Of a stretch of DNA of 64,000 nt, positions 11,681 to 24,100 are shown piece after piece. Origin of the DNA: Lama glama (Eukaryota); contig CM052817.1 in NCBI GenBank assembly GCA_028534125.1, forward strand, positions 98,892,001-98,956,000, given 5' to 3'. The notes under the pieces are model-generated. The model saw only the letters and a program-made list of their open reading frames with translations, was not told where the DNA came from and did not search any database. The translations under genes were made by a program, and so were the position numbers. Every line of letters begins with the position of its first letter. The first letter of the stretch is position 1.

Positions 11681-14600
11681 CTTTAGGGAGAAACAGGTAA
11701 AAGAACAAATCAATTCAGGTTCATGCAGGGGTGACCTCCCTCTACTCAGATTAAATAAGCAAGAATTTGTTCCTAATTCCCATTATACCTAAATCTTTAA
11801 TCTATAGCTTGGGAATTTGTCCCAAAATCCTGTTTTAGGCGTAGATCCAAACTATATTCTATAGTTTGAGGAACACGTGTTGCTCAATTTCTAAACCTTA
11901 CATGATTATCAGGCAACAGACAAATAGTTTAAAAGCGAATAAAATAAGACAAAAATCTGCATTATAAACGGCCTTAGGTACTTTGGAAATACAAATACGA
12001 GCCCCTTGGTTAGATGATTTATGAATGAATTTATAATTCACATTTCACAGAAAGGTGGTCTCCTCAGCTCCCCCCTCACCTAGGCCGCCTCCTCTGTGGG
12101 CCACTGAGACCCCTGTCACATGAGGACAGTCTTAACCAGGGTTCACGATATCATAAAGCAGCTCGTCTCTTACTTAGTGTCTTTTCTAAGTTCTGTTTTA
12201 TCCTGATACAAAATATTAACAGAGTATGTTTCTCGATGGTTCATTCAAAGCACAGAGGGGGAAATCAGACTGTTAAATGTGATTCTACTGATGGTGACTG
12301 ACAATTAGGGGAGGGGGGTGAAGGAGGGATGGGGGACTATCCAAGTACTGGGAGATGCTTCAGAACATTCTCACCAGTAGAAGTCATCCTGTATCTCAGT
12401 CCCACACTGAAAAGACAATGGGCTGGTTGACCAGGAACCCCACTGTGAATGGCCCAGCACTGGCAAGTAAAAACAGTGATGGGCCTGGCGGGTGCCTTGA
12501 TTTCACGTCTGAATTCCTTTTTTAGCCTGAAACATGCTATTTTAAGACAAACAGGTCCTCCTACTTTTATAGTCTCTGGGGACGAAGGCACAAACGCCTT
12601 AATGAAAGGGGCCGGTGGCAGCATTCTTAGATGTCCTTGATGAGGGTTGGCTGCATAGTCTGACTGACAAATGATACTGTGGAATCCACAGGGGCAAATG
12701 TGCCCAGAAAACAGGTCACTACTGGCAGCTGTGGAACTCTGTGGAAAAGAATAACTTGTTATCCTAACCGCATACGTTTGGAACAGTCACCCACCCTGAC
12801 GAGAGAGGTCAGGCAGATCAGGGAAAATCCAGCAGAAACCTACTGCCCTTGGAAAGGCAAATGCTGGTGGTCAAAAAAATCTCCTAGTGGGTTTTAGGAT
12901 GGTCAGTGTCCTCTGAAATGTCATGCAAATTTATGTGCATGCCTATGCTTGGGGGGGTGCGGGAGCGGGGGAGGAAAACAGACCTTACTGAATGAATGTA
13001 CACAGATCCAAGCCAAACCAGGAGAGGCCTCCACTGGGAAGACAGAGCCTGGCTTCTGCGCTTCCAGCCCCACTGCCCCTGGGCCTGCAGTCACTTCATG
13101 TCTGATCGGCTCCCTAATTACCACAGTGAGTTCACCGGAGGGCATCACACACAGCCGTGTCCCCACAGTGTCCTTCCTGGCTTCCGGTGACTATAGGTAC
13201 TTATGGGTACTTCTGAGTGAGACGTAAGTGAAGAGATACCGTATTAACCTCCGCACACGCTATATGCAGTCAGACACAGGAACTGGCCTGCACGCTTGGT
13301 GACAAAGGGAGACCTCAAATGACATAATAAAAGGCCAGGGGTAAGTGGAACAAGGGGCTTGGTTTCATTTGATTCAGTTTTAAAACTGCTTTGGGGAGAG
13401 AAACCCTCCTTAATACAATGTTTACTAGACATTTTCTAAACCAGAAAGCATATGTTACAAGAGCAACTATTTTTTTTCCTTAGAAAATACATAAATTTGG
13501 GAAATGCGTTAAGAAAAGAAGCAAATAACGCAAACCAATCTGAACTACCTAAATTTCTGTTGGAGTTCAGTCTTGCCACAAAATTAGAAATAAATGTGTT
13601 CTTAAAAGTCACCAATACTTCAGCCCCAATTCATGGTTTCCTCTCCTTTTCCACAAAAATACCACACAATGTTAATTTTGAAATGCATGGCTAATTACAT
13701 CTATTGGCAACCTTTTTAAAACCAAGAATTGAAAGCATTAGGATCTAAGGAGTCTGTTCTCAGTGTGACTGTCCCTTTTTTGATTTCGTAAGTTATCGTT
13801 TTATGGGGGCTGGGATTCGTGTTTTAACTTGAATTGTCTTGGAATTCCTCGGTGGAAAACGAAAGTCTGAAGACGACTGACAGCAGTGTAAGCGGAGGGC
13901 AAAGCAAACAGAGGACATTTGGGTAATGGGGACCCAGAGGACGTTGTCACTTAAGTATGCCAATGCTAACTTTTTGTTTTATAGATCTACGAATATTTTC
14001 TCAGGGACATGGGGAGGAAGTGAGAAGACTGCTGTCAACTGGATTTCTTTCTTTAATGTCAAACAGTTGAAATACTGAGAGTTTTCCATGACCATGAAGT
14101 TAGAGCTTAGGCAGCCTCACAATTAACCCCATGAAGTGAATTAAGATATAAGCATTCTTTTTTGTAAACTCTTAATTTTTTTATAAGTATGCTTTACTTA
14201 CAAAATACTAGTTTCCAGTAATCAACACTATACCAATCATTTTCCCCTCCACAAATCAGAAGACACGCGCTCATGCTGTGTAATTAAAACACTGAAAAAA
14301 AAGACTTCTTTTCCGAGGGCCTGATCTCTACATAAAGAATGGTTCAAGGCTAGGTCTCTGACTTCAAAGTTTGGCAGGAAGCAGGTTAGGCAGTTCAGGA
14401 AATCCGAGGAGTGGGGTGGGGTGGGGTGGGGGTGGGGCAGAATGGAAAAGAAAAGGAAAGGAAAAGAAAACCAAGAAATTGAAAGCATAAGAGTAGACTT
14501 CTGGTCATTGGGTTCTTCTCAGGTACCTGGTTTCACAAACTCACTGGATTTCCTGCACAAAGACTTGTGCTACAGAACTTTCCTCCCCTTTAGGAAACGC

Positions 14601-16641
14601 ACATGAATGGCCTCTAAAAATCCACATTCAACAATATAAGGGTTCATTTCCTCCAAGAAAAGCTATTTCCAGTCCTGTTTCAGGACTGAACCCTGCATTC
14701 CCTTTATTACACACGGTGCAGATCGAGTGCTCTTGACATTTTCTCACTGAAAAATCTGTTCGAAATAAATACTTGGATTTGTTTAAGTTCCAATGAACCA
14801 AATGTTTTACATATTAAATTTTCACTAAAGCAAATAGAATTATATGATATGGGATTTAAATCCAACAGGTCCAAACTGAGAAGTTCATCAGGTATTTGGG
14901 AAGCCCTTGGGATGAAATTACAAAGGGCAGAGGGCACCCAGGCTTCACATGAGGCTCACAGAATCCATTTCTTTCTCTGTAGTTACACGGTTACACCTCC
15001 TGCAACACAGCGATACCATCCCACGTACCAGTAACAGTGTGTGTACGTATCTGTGTACGTTTGTTTGGAAAGTCTAGAAACAAAATCTGGGAACCATGCA
15101 GTTCACTCTCACAGCAGCATTCACATCTGCCAGTCCCAGCTACTCATCAGAGCAGAGTTAGTACCGAGGGGGAAAATCAGCTCATGTAAGACAATACTGG
15201 CCTTAGATTATTTTTTCAAAGACCTCGAAGCTCTGGCCATCTCTCACTGGAGTCTCTAAACCGAATAAAGAGCAAGGGGAAAAGTCTTCTGAAAAGTATC
15301 AGGTTAATTCTTTGATAAAAACTTGCAGCAGTTAATGGGTACAAAAAGTCTTTACTTTTGCTTTCTGAGATAGTTAGAGCTACCAAAAGCTAGGTCATAA
15401 AGCAGAACAGATTCCCTTAAGAACCTCTTAAAGTCTTACTGCTTGAAAAATCGTCATGGCTTTTAGTAAAGCTGAAGAGAAAAATTTATCTTGCTGCTGG
15501 TTTAAGGGGCTACACTTCAACTTCTTCTTAAAGAAAAATAAAAAGAGAAAGGATAGACTTCTTGGATTGCTTTGAAAAGCTTGAGCAATTACTTCAAAGG
15601 AAAGGGCGTCTTTGTCCGGAGAGCAGGTTTATGACTACTGATGCAAATCCCAACCAAAGGCTGAAAAGGATACTCAGTCCATCTTTATGGATGGCCTTAA
15701 AGGAAGATGAACAAGTCAAAGGAGATTAAAGACAGTCCAAATCCCGCCACGAACACCAGGGCACGCCAGTTTTCACTGATGTGCTTTTCTCAGTACCTAA
15801 GACTGAGTATCAGTTACTGACTTAACAGACACCATTATAACTACCAACTTGCATTTAAGCAGAGCAAGATCTCTATAATACCCACCAAGCATTTATATTG
15901 GACCTGTGTTTTAAAATATTAGGTGAAATGTTTTACACCATTAGGCAGAATAACAAATGCTGTTATTAACTGTTTCTTTGGCGCTCTCGTAACGCTAAGT
16001 GTATTTCTCCATCAAATGGACTCTGAACCACTTGAAGTTATGCCTGAAAGAAGAGAAGAAGGAAACTAATTTCTCTAGTATCCTGTTCATAAATATCCAA
16101 TGAGAAAAATATTTCAAAAGATCTGTCTCTATTAAGGGAAAGGGGATTAATAATCCAGGTCAAAACAGACCTGACAAGTACTTCTGGCAAACTCAGAGTT
16201 ACATTTTAAAAAAATGAATAAAGTTCTTGGTATTTTTGGCATCATCTCCTCAGTCTTAATGAAAATCAAATTACTTTTAGAAGGCACTGCAAAATTCTCA
16301 TTAGCAGTTTAAATACATTGTTAACAGCAGAGAGGGCGTCGCCTTCATTCATTCACCTCTTCCATACCACCTATCATGACATGAAGTGCAGGTCAACATT
16401 CCCCTATTCAGTTTTACAGAGATAAAATTAGGTCTTCCAATTAATACTTAGGTTAGATGACGTCTGGGACAGAAGTTAACACTTTCCATTTGTTTACTCA
16501 TTCATTCCTTCACTCCTTCTTTGACTTAATAACATTTACTGGGTATACATCATGTGCACTGCATTTTTGGTGCATGGCATTTGGCCTTGTATTTTTGGTG
16601 ATTAGATTTTATTTTTCTCTCCTTTTTTTGGGGGGGGGTCT

Positions 16642-16771
16642 CTTTTTTTTTGTGGGGGAGGAGGTTAATTAGGTTTATTTGCTTATTTCTTTTTAATGGG
16701 AGGTACTGGGGATTGAACTCAGGACCTTATGCACGCTAAGCACACACTCTACCACTGAGCTATAACCTCCC
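16642..16771 (-). mobile_element. tRNA-derived SINE, Vic-1-like (camelid)
   Basis: Reverse complement reads tatagctcagtggtagag (A box)...gagttcaatccccagtacctcc (B box)...aataaacctaatt tail. Confidence 0.88.
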
Positions 16772-16885
16772 TGCTAGATGATCTGATTGAAAACGGTCAC
16801 TGAATCAGGTTTTGCTGACCTTACCATAAACTAATTTCTGTTATAAATATCTCATAAATACCTATTATAAATATCTATTATTGGA

Positions 16886-17020
16886 GGGGGCAAGGTATAG
16901 CTCAGTGGTAGAGTGTGTCTTTAGCATGCACAAGGTTTTGGGTTCAATAGCCAGTACCTCCATTAAAAAAATAATAATTAATAAATAAATAAACCTAATT
17001 ACCTCCACCCACCCCAAAGA
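16886..17020 (+). mobile_element. tRNA-derived SINE, Vic-1-like (camelid)
   Basis: ggggcaaggtatagctcagtggtagag...gggttcaat...agtacctccattaaaaa...aataaacctaattacctcc; degenerate TSD tctattattgga / tctgttattgga. Confidence 0.88.
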
Positions 17021-18170
17021 AAATACGTCTGTTATTGGAAACGTCATAAAGCTGTCCTGAAGTCCAAACTATTTATTACAACTGAATTTTTATACAAAAT
17101 GAATATTTACCATCAATTAATAAAGTACTTAAATGAAAGCAACCAGTATAACTTTCCAGTAAAATCTAATACCTCTTAGAGACATAAAACAAAATATAAA
17201 ACTGGCTTTAAAAGAAGATCATTTCAATAGAGTACTCATTTTGAACAAAAATGCAAGTTTACTTAAGAACCCAAATACTTAATTAAGTTACTAAGTGTAT
17301 ACAGATTTAAGAAAATCTAAATATTGTATAATGTATGTCAGCCGTTTCCTAGAGCTGGATACTTCTGTTCTTAACGTGCCTTTTGTTCCATTTTACATCC
17401 ATCTGATTACTACCAAACATTCACCAACAATAAAGATTCACATGGAAATTGAATCCTAAGCTTTCTCAGTGGCTCACCATAATGGTCAATCAAGGAAGGA
17501 AATGGCTTTTTGAAGCAGAAATGAGGTTAGTTGCTAAATCTTTCCATTAACTTCCTAATTTTTCAATGGGAATTATACTACTACATTTTAATTATACAAA
17601 GAGAAATTTTCCAGGTTGGTTCTATTCATTCCATCTCCACTAACCCTTCCCCCCACCCTATTCACTGTGGTCTCTTTGAAAAAAAAATGTCGATTTTGTT
17701 AAATATATAGACTACAGAAAGCAGGCCATAGATGTGTTTAGGGTGTGACAACCAACAGACAGTAAATTTTGGTAGCTTCCTCTTCTAAATAATATTAGAA
17801 TTATTAATGCAAGACAATATAATACTACGACAAAAATCAGTAATAAGTTCTTGTTTTATAACCTTTACTCCCCTGCTATGATACATGTATATGTATATAT
17901 GGTGTTTATGTCAATGAAATCATCCTCTGACACTACATTAGAAGGTGGTTTTGTGTGAGTATATACCGCCTGCTGTATAGTTAGAAGTATAACCCTAACA
18001 CATGTAATAATATTTTAAAAATACAGAATCCCATCATGACATATAACTGTCCTAAGAACTCCGTATAACAAAATTATATTGTCCTTTGCAAATACAAAGA
18101 GTGCTTTGGTGATAACGTTGCATCAAATTCTCTACAACTGGTGGTCCAACGAAATCAAATTAAATGTGCT

Positions 18171-18460
18171 GTACAGTTTAGTGGTTAAGAACGGTGCCTC
18201 TGGCCTAGAGTGCCTGGGTTTGGATCCAGGCTCCAGCGCTGCTAGCTACGTGACCTCCCCTGGGCAAGTTCTCATGGTTCTAGTAAGATCCAGGAGCTTC
18301 AAGGCCAGGGCAGAAGGTAAAGGCTGGTAATCTCCCTGTGCCTCATGTATAAAACAAGGATAATACCAGTAGTTACCACAGAGGACCACATGACGATTAA
18401 TGGTTACTCTGTAAAGTGCTTAGCTAGGATGGGTCCTGGCATAGAGTGAGCACCCAGTGA
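18171..18460 (+). mobile_element. MIR SINE with an internal insertion of about 60 bp
   Basis: agtggttaaga...gcctgggttt...gtgacc...gggcaagtt [insert] aatctccctgtgcctca...gtaaagtgcttag. Confidence 0.7.
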
Positions 18461-19548
18461 GCACCATCCAGTAGCACAAGCAGCGGCGGCGCCGGGGCAG
18501 CAGTGGAATCATGCACATTTCCACCCTCTGTTGCAGACACTCTTTTCTGCAAAATAGAATATCTGATCCTGTGCCACATAAATGCCAATTAGAGGTAGTT
18601 CTCACAACTACTGTTTCTTGTCAAGGAGAAAATACACCTTCTTTTCTAGAAATTATACTTTGATTTCTCCCATTCCTCCTCCTCTTTGACTTTCCAGTCT
18701 TCCCGGACAATTCTGATACAACTACTCACACCTGGAATCCTCGAGCAGGAAGTGAAGGTACACTATCATCATAAGGTATTTTCCTCCCAAGTAAAATATC
18801 TTTATTGTCTCTGATTATCAACATAATACACGCTCATTATAAAACATTCATATAATTTAGTAAATTATGAAGAAAATGAACTGCCTCAAATTTCCACTAC
18901 ATAAAAACCATTGCTAACATTTTGCTATAATTTCAGACTTTTTTCCTATATATAAATACACATAGGATACAAGACACAGATAGTTAAAGTCTATCGTATT
19001 ATTCACATAGTCTGGTGATCTTTCACAGTTAACAATAGAAAGGGCATATCCTTCTATGTCACTGTCACAAGTTCTTCATACACTAATGGCTGTACAGTAT
19101 TTCACTGTGTGGACACATCAAACTTTACTTAACTAATGTACTTGTTTTATCCTATTTTCTTGAGACTTTTCATTTCACAATTCCCCATAGAGGGGTTTGC
19201 CTCTGACTCATTGATAGCTCCTGTAGCTGCACATGGGTGTCTAGTAAATATAAACACTGTAAAATTCTGCCTCCAAAAAAGAATACAGATATTAGAAAAT
19301 TTGTTGAAATGCAATCTTGTTCATATTTATTGATATGTAACATTATGATTCTTATGAATATAAAATACATGGAAAATAAAAACAGCTAACTGTTTTTATC
19401 TATCTATCCTAAATGCCCAAGTCACACAAAATTCTTTGTAATATATCCTCCTTAACATTTTTAAGGGTCCTTTTTTAAAGATACGCAAGTCAGGCACTAG
19501 TGAAAAGTAAAGAGGGTTTTCACATCTTTAGCTATTAAAAACATCCTG

Positions 19549-20738
19549 GATTTGACACCAAAAGCAAAAAATAAACCAGGAGGATTACATGAAAACTAAA
19601 AAGCTTCTGAACAACAAAGGAAACTATCAACAAAATGAACAGGCAACCTATGGAATGGGAGAAATATTTACAAGTCATATACCTGATAAGGGGTTAATAT
19701 CCAAAACACAAAGAACTCACATAACTCAGTATCAAAAGAACAAACAATCCAATTACAAAATGGGTAGAGGATCTGAATAGACATTTCTTACAAAGAAGAC
19801 ATACAGATGGCTAACAGATACAGAAACAGTTATTCACCATCACTTATCATCAGGGAAATGCAAACCACAATGAGATGTCACCTCACATCTGTTAGAATGG
19901 CTTTCATCAAAAGGACAAGAAATAAAAAGTGTTGGAGGATGTGGAGAAAAGGGAACCCTTGTGAACTGTTGGTGGGAATATAAGTTGGTGCAACTACTAT
20001 GGAAAACAGTATGGAGATTCCTCAAAAAATTAAACATAGAACTCTCATATGATCCAGCAAGTCCACTTCTGGGTGTTTACTTGAAGGAAATAGAAACACT
20101 AATTTAAGAAGCTATCTGCACCCCCATGTTCACTGCAACATTATTCACAGTGGCCAAGACATGGAAACAACCTAAGTGTCCACAGATGGATAAGTGAGTA
20201 AACAAAATTTTACACACACACACACACACATACACATACATGATGGAATATTACTCAGTCATAAAAAGGAAATCCTGACATTTGTGACAACATGGATGGA
20301 CCTTAGGGACATTATGCTGAGTGAAATAAATCAGACAGAGAAAGACAAATACTATACGATCTCACTTACGTGTAAAGTTAAAAAAAAAAAACCACCAAAC
20401 TCATAGATACAGAGAACATACTGCCAGAGGTGGTGAGTGGGGGGTGAAATAGGCAAAGATGGTCAAAAGGTACAAACTCCCACTATAAAATAAGTCTTGG
20501 GGACGAAGTATACAGTATGATGATTCTGGTCAATAACACGGCATTGCATATTTGAAAGTTGCTGAGAGAGCAGATCTTAAAAGTACTCACCAGAAAAAAA
20601 AAAATTGTACCTACGTGTGGTGATGTTAACTAGACACTGTGGTGATCATTTCACAATAAATACAGATACCAAATCACAATGCTGTACACCTGAGACTAAT
20701 ACCATGTTATATGTCAATTACTTCTCAATTTAAAAACA
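19549..20738 (+). mobile_element. 5'-truncated LINE-1 (L1MA-type 3' end: ORF2 C-terminus plus 3' UTR)
   Basis: catcacttatcatcagggaaatgcaaa, tatgatccagcaagtccacttctggg and gttgctgagagagcagatcttaaaag; A tail; candidate TSD aaaaacatcctg (19537-19548) / aaaaaaatcctg (20739-20750). Confidence 0.92.
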
Positions 20739-21124
20739 AAAAAAATCCTGACCCTGCCCACCCTAGGAAATAAGGCAATCTTTATTTCCTTAGGGTGATG
20801 GTTGTAGAAAGTTGCAGAAAGCCACAACTACAAGAATGTTGTAGACAGCTACGAGCTACAAGAATAAAAACTAAAAAGCTCAACAAAGTACTTTTAAAAA
20901 TGGGGCAACTGTAAAAGAAATCCTCAGAGGCATTTAATACTTAATTTCATATAAAATGGGTCTCTTTTCATAAATTCTCAGGAATATTTAAAGAACACAG
21001 GAGGTATATATGCACAAGGCTGTCATATAAGTTCTCTAAAGAAACAAACTCTTTGGAAGGTGGTAAGGTCTGCTACGTTGTTCCAGGACGTCTTAATCAA
21101 AAGTATCCTTAATAGTTAAACACA

Positions 21125-21126
<2 letters not shown>

Positions 21127-21169
<43 letters not shown>
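21127..21169. repeat. (CA)n microsatellite, about 21 uninterrupted units
   Basis: Read directly from the sequence. Confidence 0.95.
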
Positions 21170-21170
<1 letters not shown>

Positions 21171-24100
21171 ATTCTAAAAGTAGAAGAGTCCTGATTTTAG
21201 GCTTAAGAAAGAAAGGAAAGGGAGGAGGAAGTAGCTTGCAACTTCAAAGTATATTCAGTCTCGATTAAATGAAAGAAGAAATGCATTTAAAACTGCCTTC
21301 GGGAACCTAAACTTTGTTGACTAGAAAGAATTTATCCTTTCTAACTAATGGTTAATTTCAGCCATTGTTTGAAATTAAACTTCCTATCTAAGCATAAAGT
21401 ATTAGACAGTTTTTTTCAGGGTGGCACTATTAACATCTACATATAAAGATACTCAGTTTCAACCTGAGGCCATAAATCACCATCAGTTCTTCTGTTCTCA
21501 TATTTATACGGCCAGAGCCTACGGGCTGAATGGTATAGTCATTTTTTTTTCCTGCAACTAAACAAAGTAAATAAATGTGATATATTGGCACATCACCCCA
21601 CCACTCTGCATATGGTGCACATTAAGGTTGTATTCATTTGCCATATGAATATAATTCCTTTTACCACATCTACTATTAGTTACAAGCAGTAAATACAGAG
21701 TTGTTTTGCTGGAACTGGAGGGCCTGCATTACATCATGGAGCACTAAACATCCTGGACCTTCTGGAGAATTTCATAGACGTAGTTTTAATGTCACCTGAA
21801 CTTGAACACTGCCAACATATTGCTTCAAACCCTGCTTGATGAATTCTTCAAGGGAAAAGGAAAAACACAGGGTAATCTTAGTGTTAGTGTAGCAGCACAA
21901 ACCAAAAGGAGAGCCACAAGGAAAGTTCTTGGTGAGAGACACAGAGGAGCTCACGTTATTGACAAAGAATCAGAGCAAGAGTCATATCCCAGATATAAAA
22001 AGGCTGCTTGTTTCAAACACGGTTTTCATATTCAGAATCTAGGGAACATGAGGAACCTAATGTTAAAAATCTCATCTCAACAATTTTCTCCAATTCTGCT
22101 GACTGAAGACCTGTGATCAACATGACAAGAGTTTATCTCAGGACAAACTGTGATGCTTTGTTTCATTAGGTGTATATTGTGCCTACATTTTCCTTGAACA
22201 AAATATGCGTTATAACGTCCAAATCCAGCCTAGCGTCGGGCAAAAGAGAAAGTGATTTCTTTTACAAACTCATGTGGGTCAGCACAGATGTACGTATCTT
22301 GACACTTGTGACCCCAAAATAATACATCACAGGCAATTAAAAACAAAGTACACCTGTTTTAACAAGCCCTGTTTTTCAGATTTACCAACGGTAAGTCCCC
22401 AAATACATCCAGCAGATGGCGCCCTAGGACGCCTACTTTGCTTGTCTTACTTCCAGCTATATTTTGTCAAGACAAAGAATAAGGATTTATTGGTAGCCTC
22501 AGTAAAGCATATTAGGGTTTAGGACAAAAAGAACATAATTCCTAAATATGTGCACAAAAATATACATATGCATAAGCACACGTGCACAGGGGCAACTAGC
22601 AAATGAGTCACACCTGGACGTACTGTGATGCAGCTTTTCTTATAGACTTGATATGAACAGTCTATGTATATCAGTAGTATTTACGGTCAGATGGCAAGAT
22701 CATTCTAAATTCATTAAAAAAAAATTTAGAATGCCTTAAAGTTAGAATTCATTTTTAATTATAGCAGGAATGTCTCATTAGGGTGATACTAGTAAAATTA
22801 ACAACAGTAGGATTTACGGTAATGACTTAAGTGATTGATGAGAGAATAACAAAATGAAGTTTTACACAGAGAAAGAGCAGGGCAGCTTTGGCATACAGTA
22901 CTTTAAAAAACAGCTCTGTGGTCTGTGAGTGCCGGCCTTATGGTTAATAAAACCTTCTTTCTAATTAACGGTGCTGAAATATTCTTAAAGAACAGAATCT
23001 TGTTATGAAAAAAAACTTAGTTTTTTTTCCCCTTTGGTAGACGCCATTCCCATAAAGGAGAAAGCTGACATAGATTAGCATGTCTGATTGCAAAGAGGAA
23101 AAAAAAATGCCACCTTTCAATCAAATCAAAAACAGAATGTGAGAATGGAAAACTACTTTACTGAAAATAGTACACACACCATCGATGCAACACCTCACAG
23201 TCAGTGACTGTTTGCTTCGAAAGCTAATCACACAGTTGTGTGGCTTTAAAAAAAAATTACTCATATCTAAAAATGCTTAATATTCATTTATTTCTAAATG
23301 TTTAATAAGTGTTTAAGTTTATGAGCTATTAATACAATGAAAATAGTGGATAAAGAATAACTATTTTGTAAATTTTCACCTTGATTATAAGAACATTTTA
23401 AATTTAAAGTATTTAAATGTCAACTGAATGCATCAGGGAACGTTTTCTTCAAAATTTGGAAATGTACAGTCTGGATAGCATTGTTCTGATGGCAAAAGGA
23501 GTATTTCAGGAAAAGCATTTTGGTGGACAAGATTCGATTCTAAAACACAAAGAAGAACCAGAGAAAAGACAAATGCTTCCATGTAGAAAATGACTTTCAT
23601 TGAAATGTTCTTGGTTAAATTTACTTTAAAAAATCCACAACTAAATGGTATCCTATCTTAATTTTTCTTCTCATTAAGAAAATTACATTCCACAAGAAAT
23701 AACAATAGAGACAACAATAGAGTCAAAAATGAAAAGCTCTCTGTTGTACAGGAAAACAAGGCTTTTGCTACAAAACCTAGGCAGATTTCATAAAACATGT
23801 GCATCCTTTTAAAAGTCCCAAGTTATGCTATAGCTAGGCTTTATCCAGTCTGAATTAGTCTGATTTTGCCTGAGCAATGTGCATATTAATACTGGATAAC
23901 CTGATTTAAAAAAAATAGTACTAATGCTATCAACTTTACATAGAGCACCAACATTAGATTTGCAGAGAATAACATAGGCTTATGACACCAGCAGGTAACA
24001 TTACTAGTTTATTCTCATGACTTTTGAAAAAAAAAACAACTAAATACTTGAATGAGACCTATAAAATGCAGAAAAAGCAATAGCCTAATTAAAAAATTAA

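Noticed and set aside
16886..16960. tRNA-like sequences with A and B boxes (also near 16700, 31275 and 52830)
   Set aside because: They are the heads of tRNA-derived SINEs with a shared AT-rich tail and copy-specific decay, not tRNA genes.
20761..20795. Small hairpin ccctaggaaataa...ttatttccttaggg (also short palindromes at 30684-30695 and 61540-61554)
   Set aside because: Too short for a pre-miRNA, with no supporting context; compatible with chance or a local repair scar.
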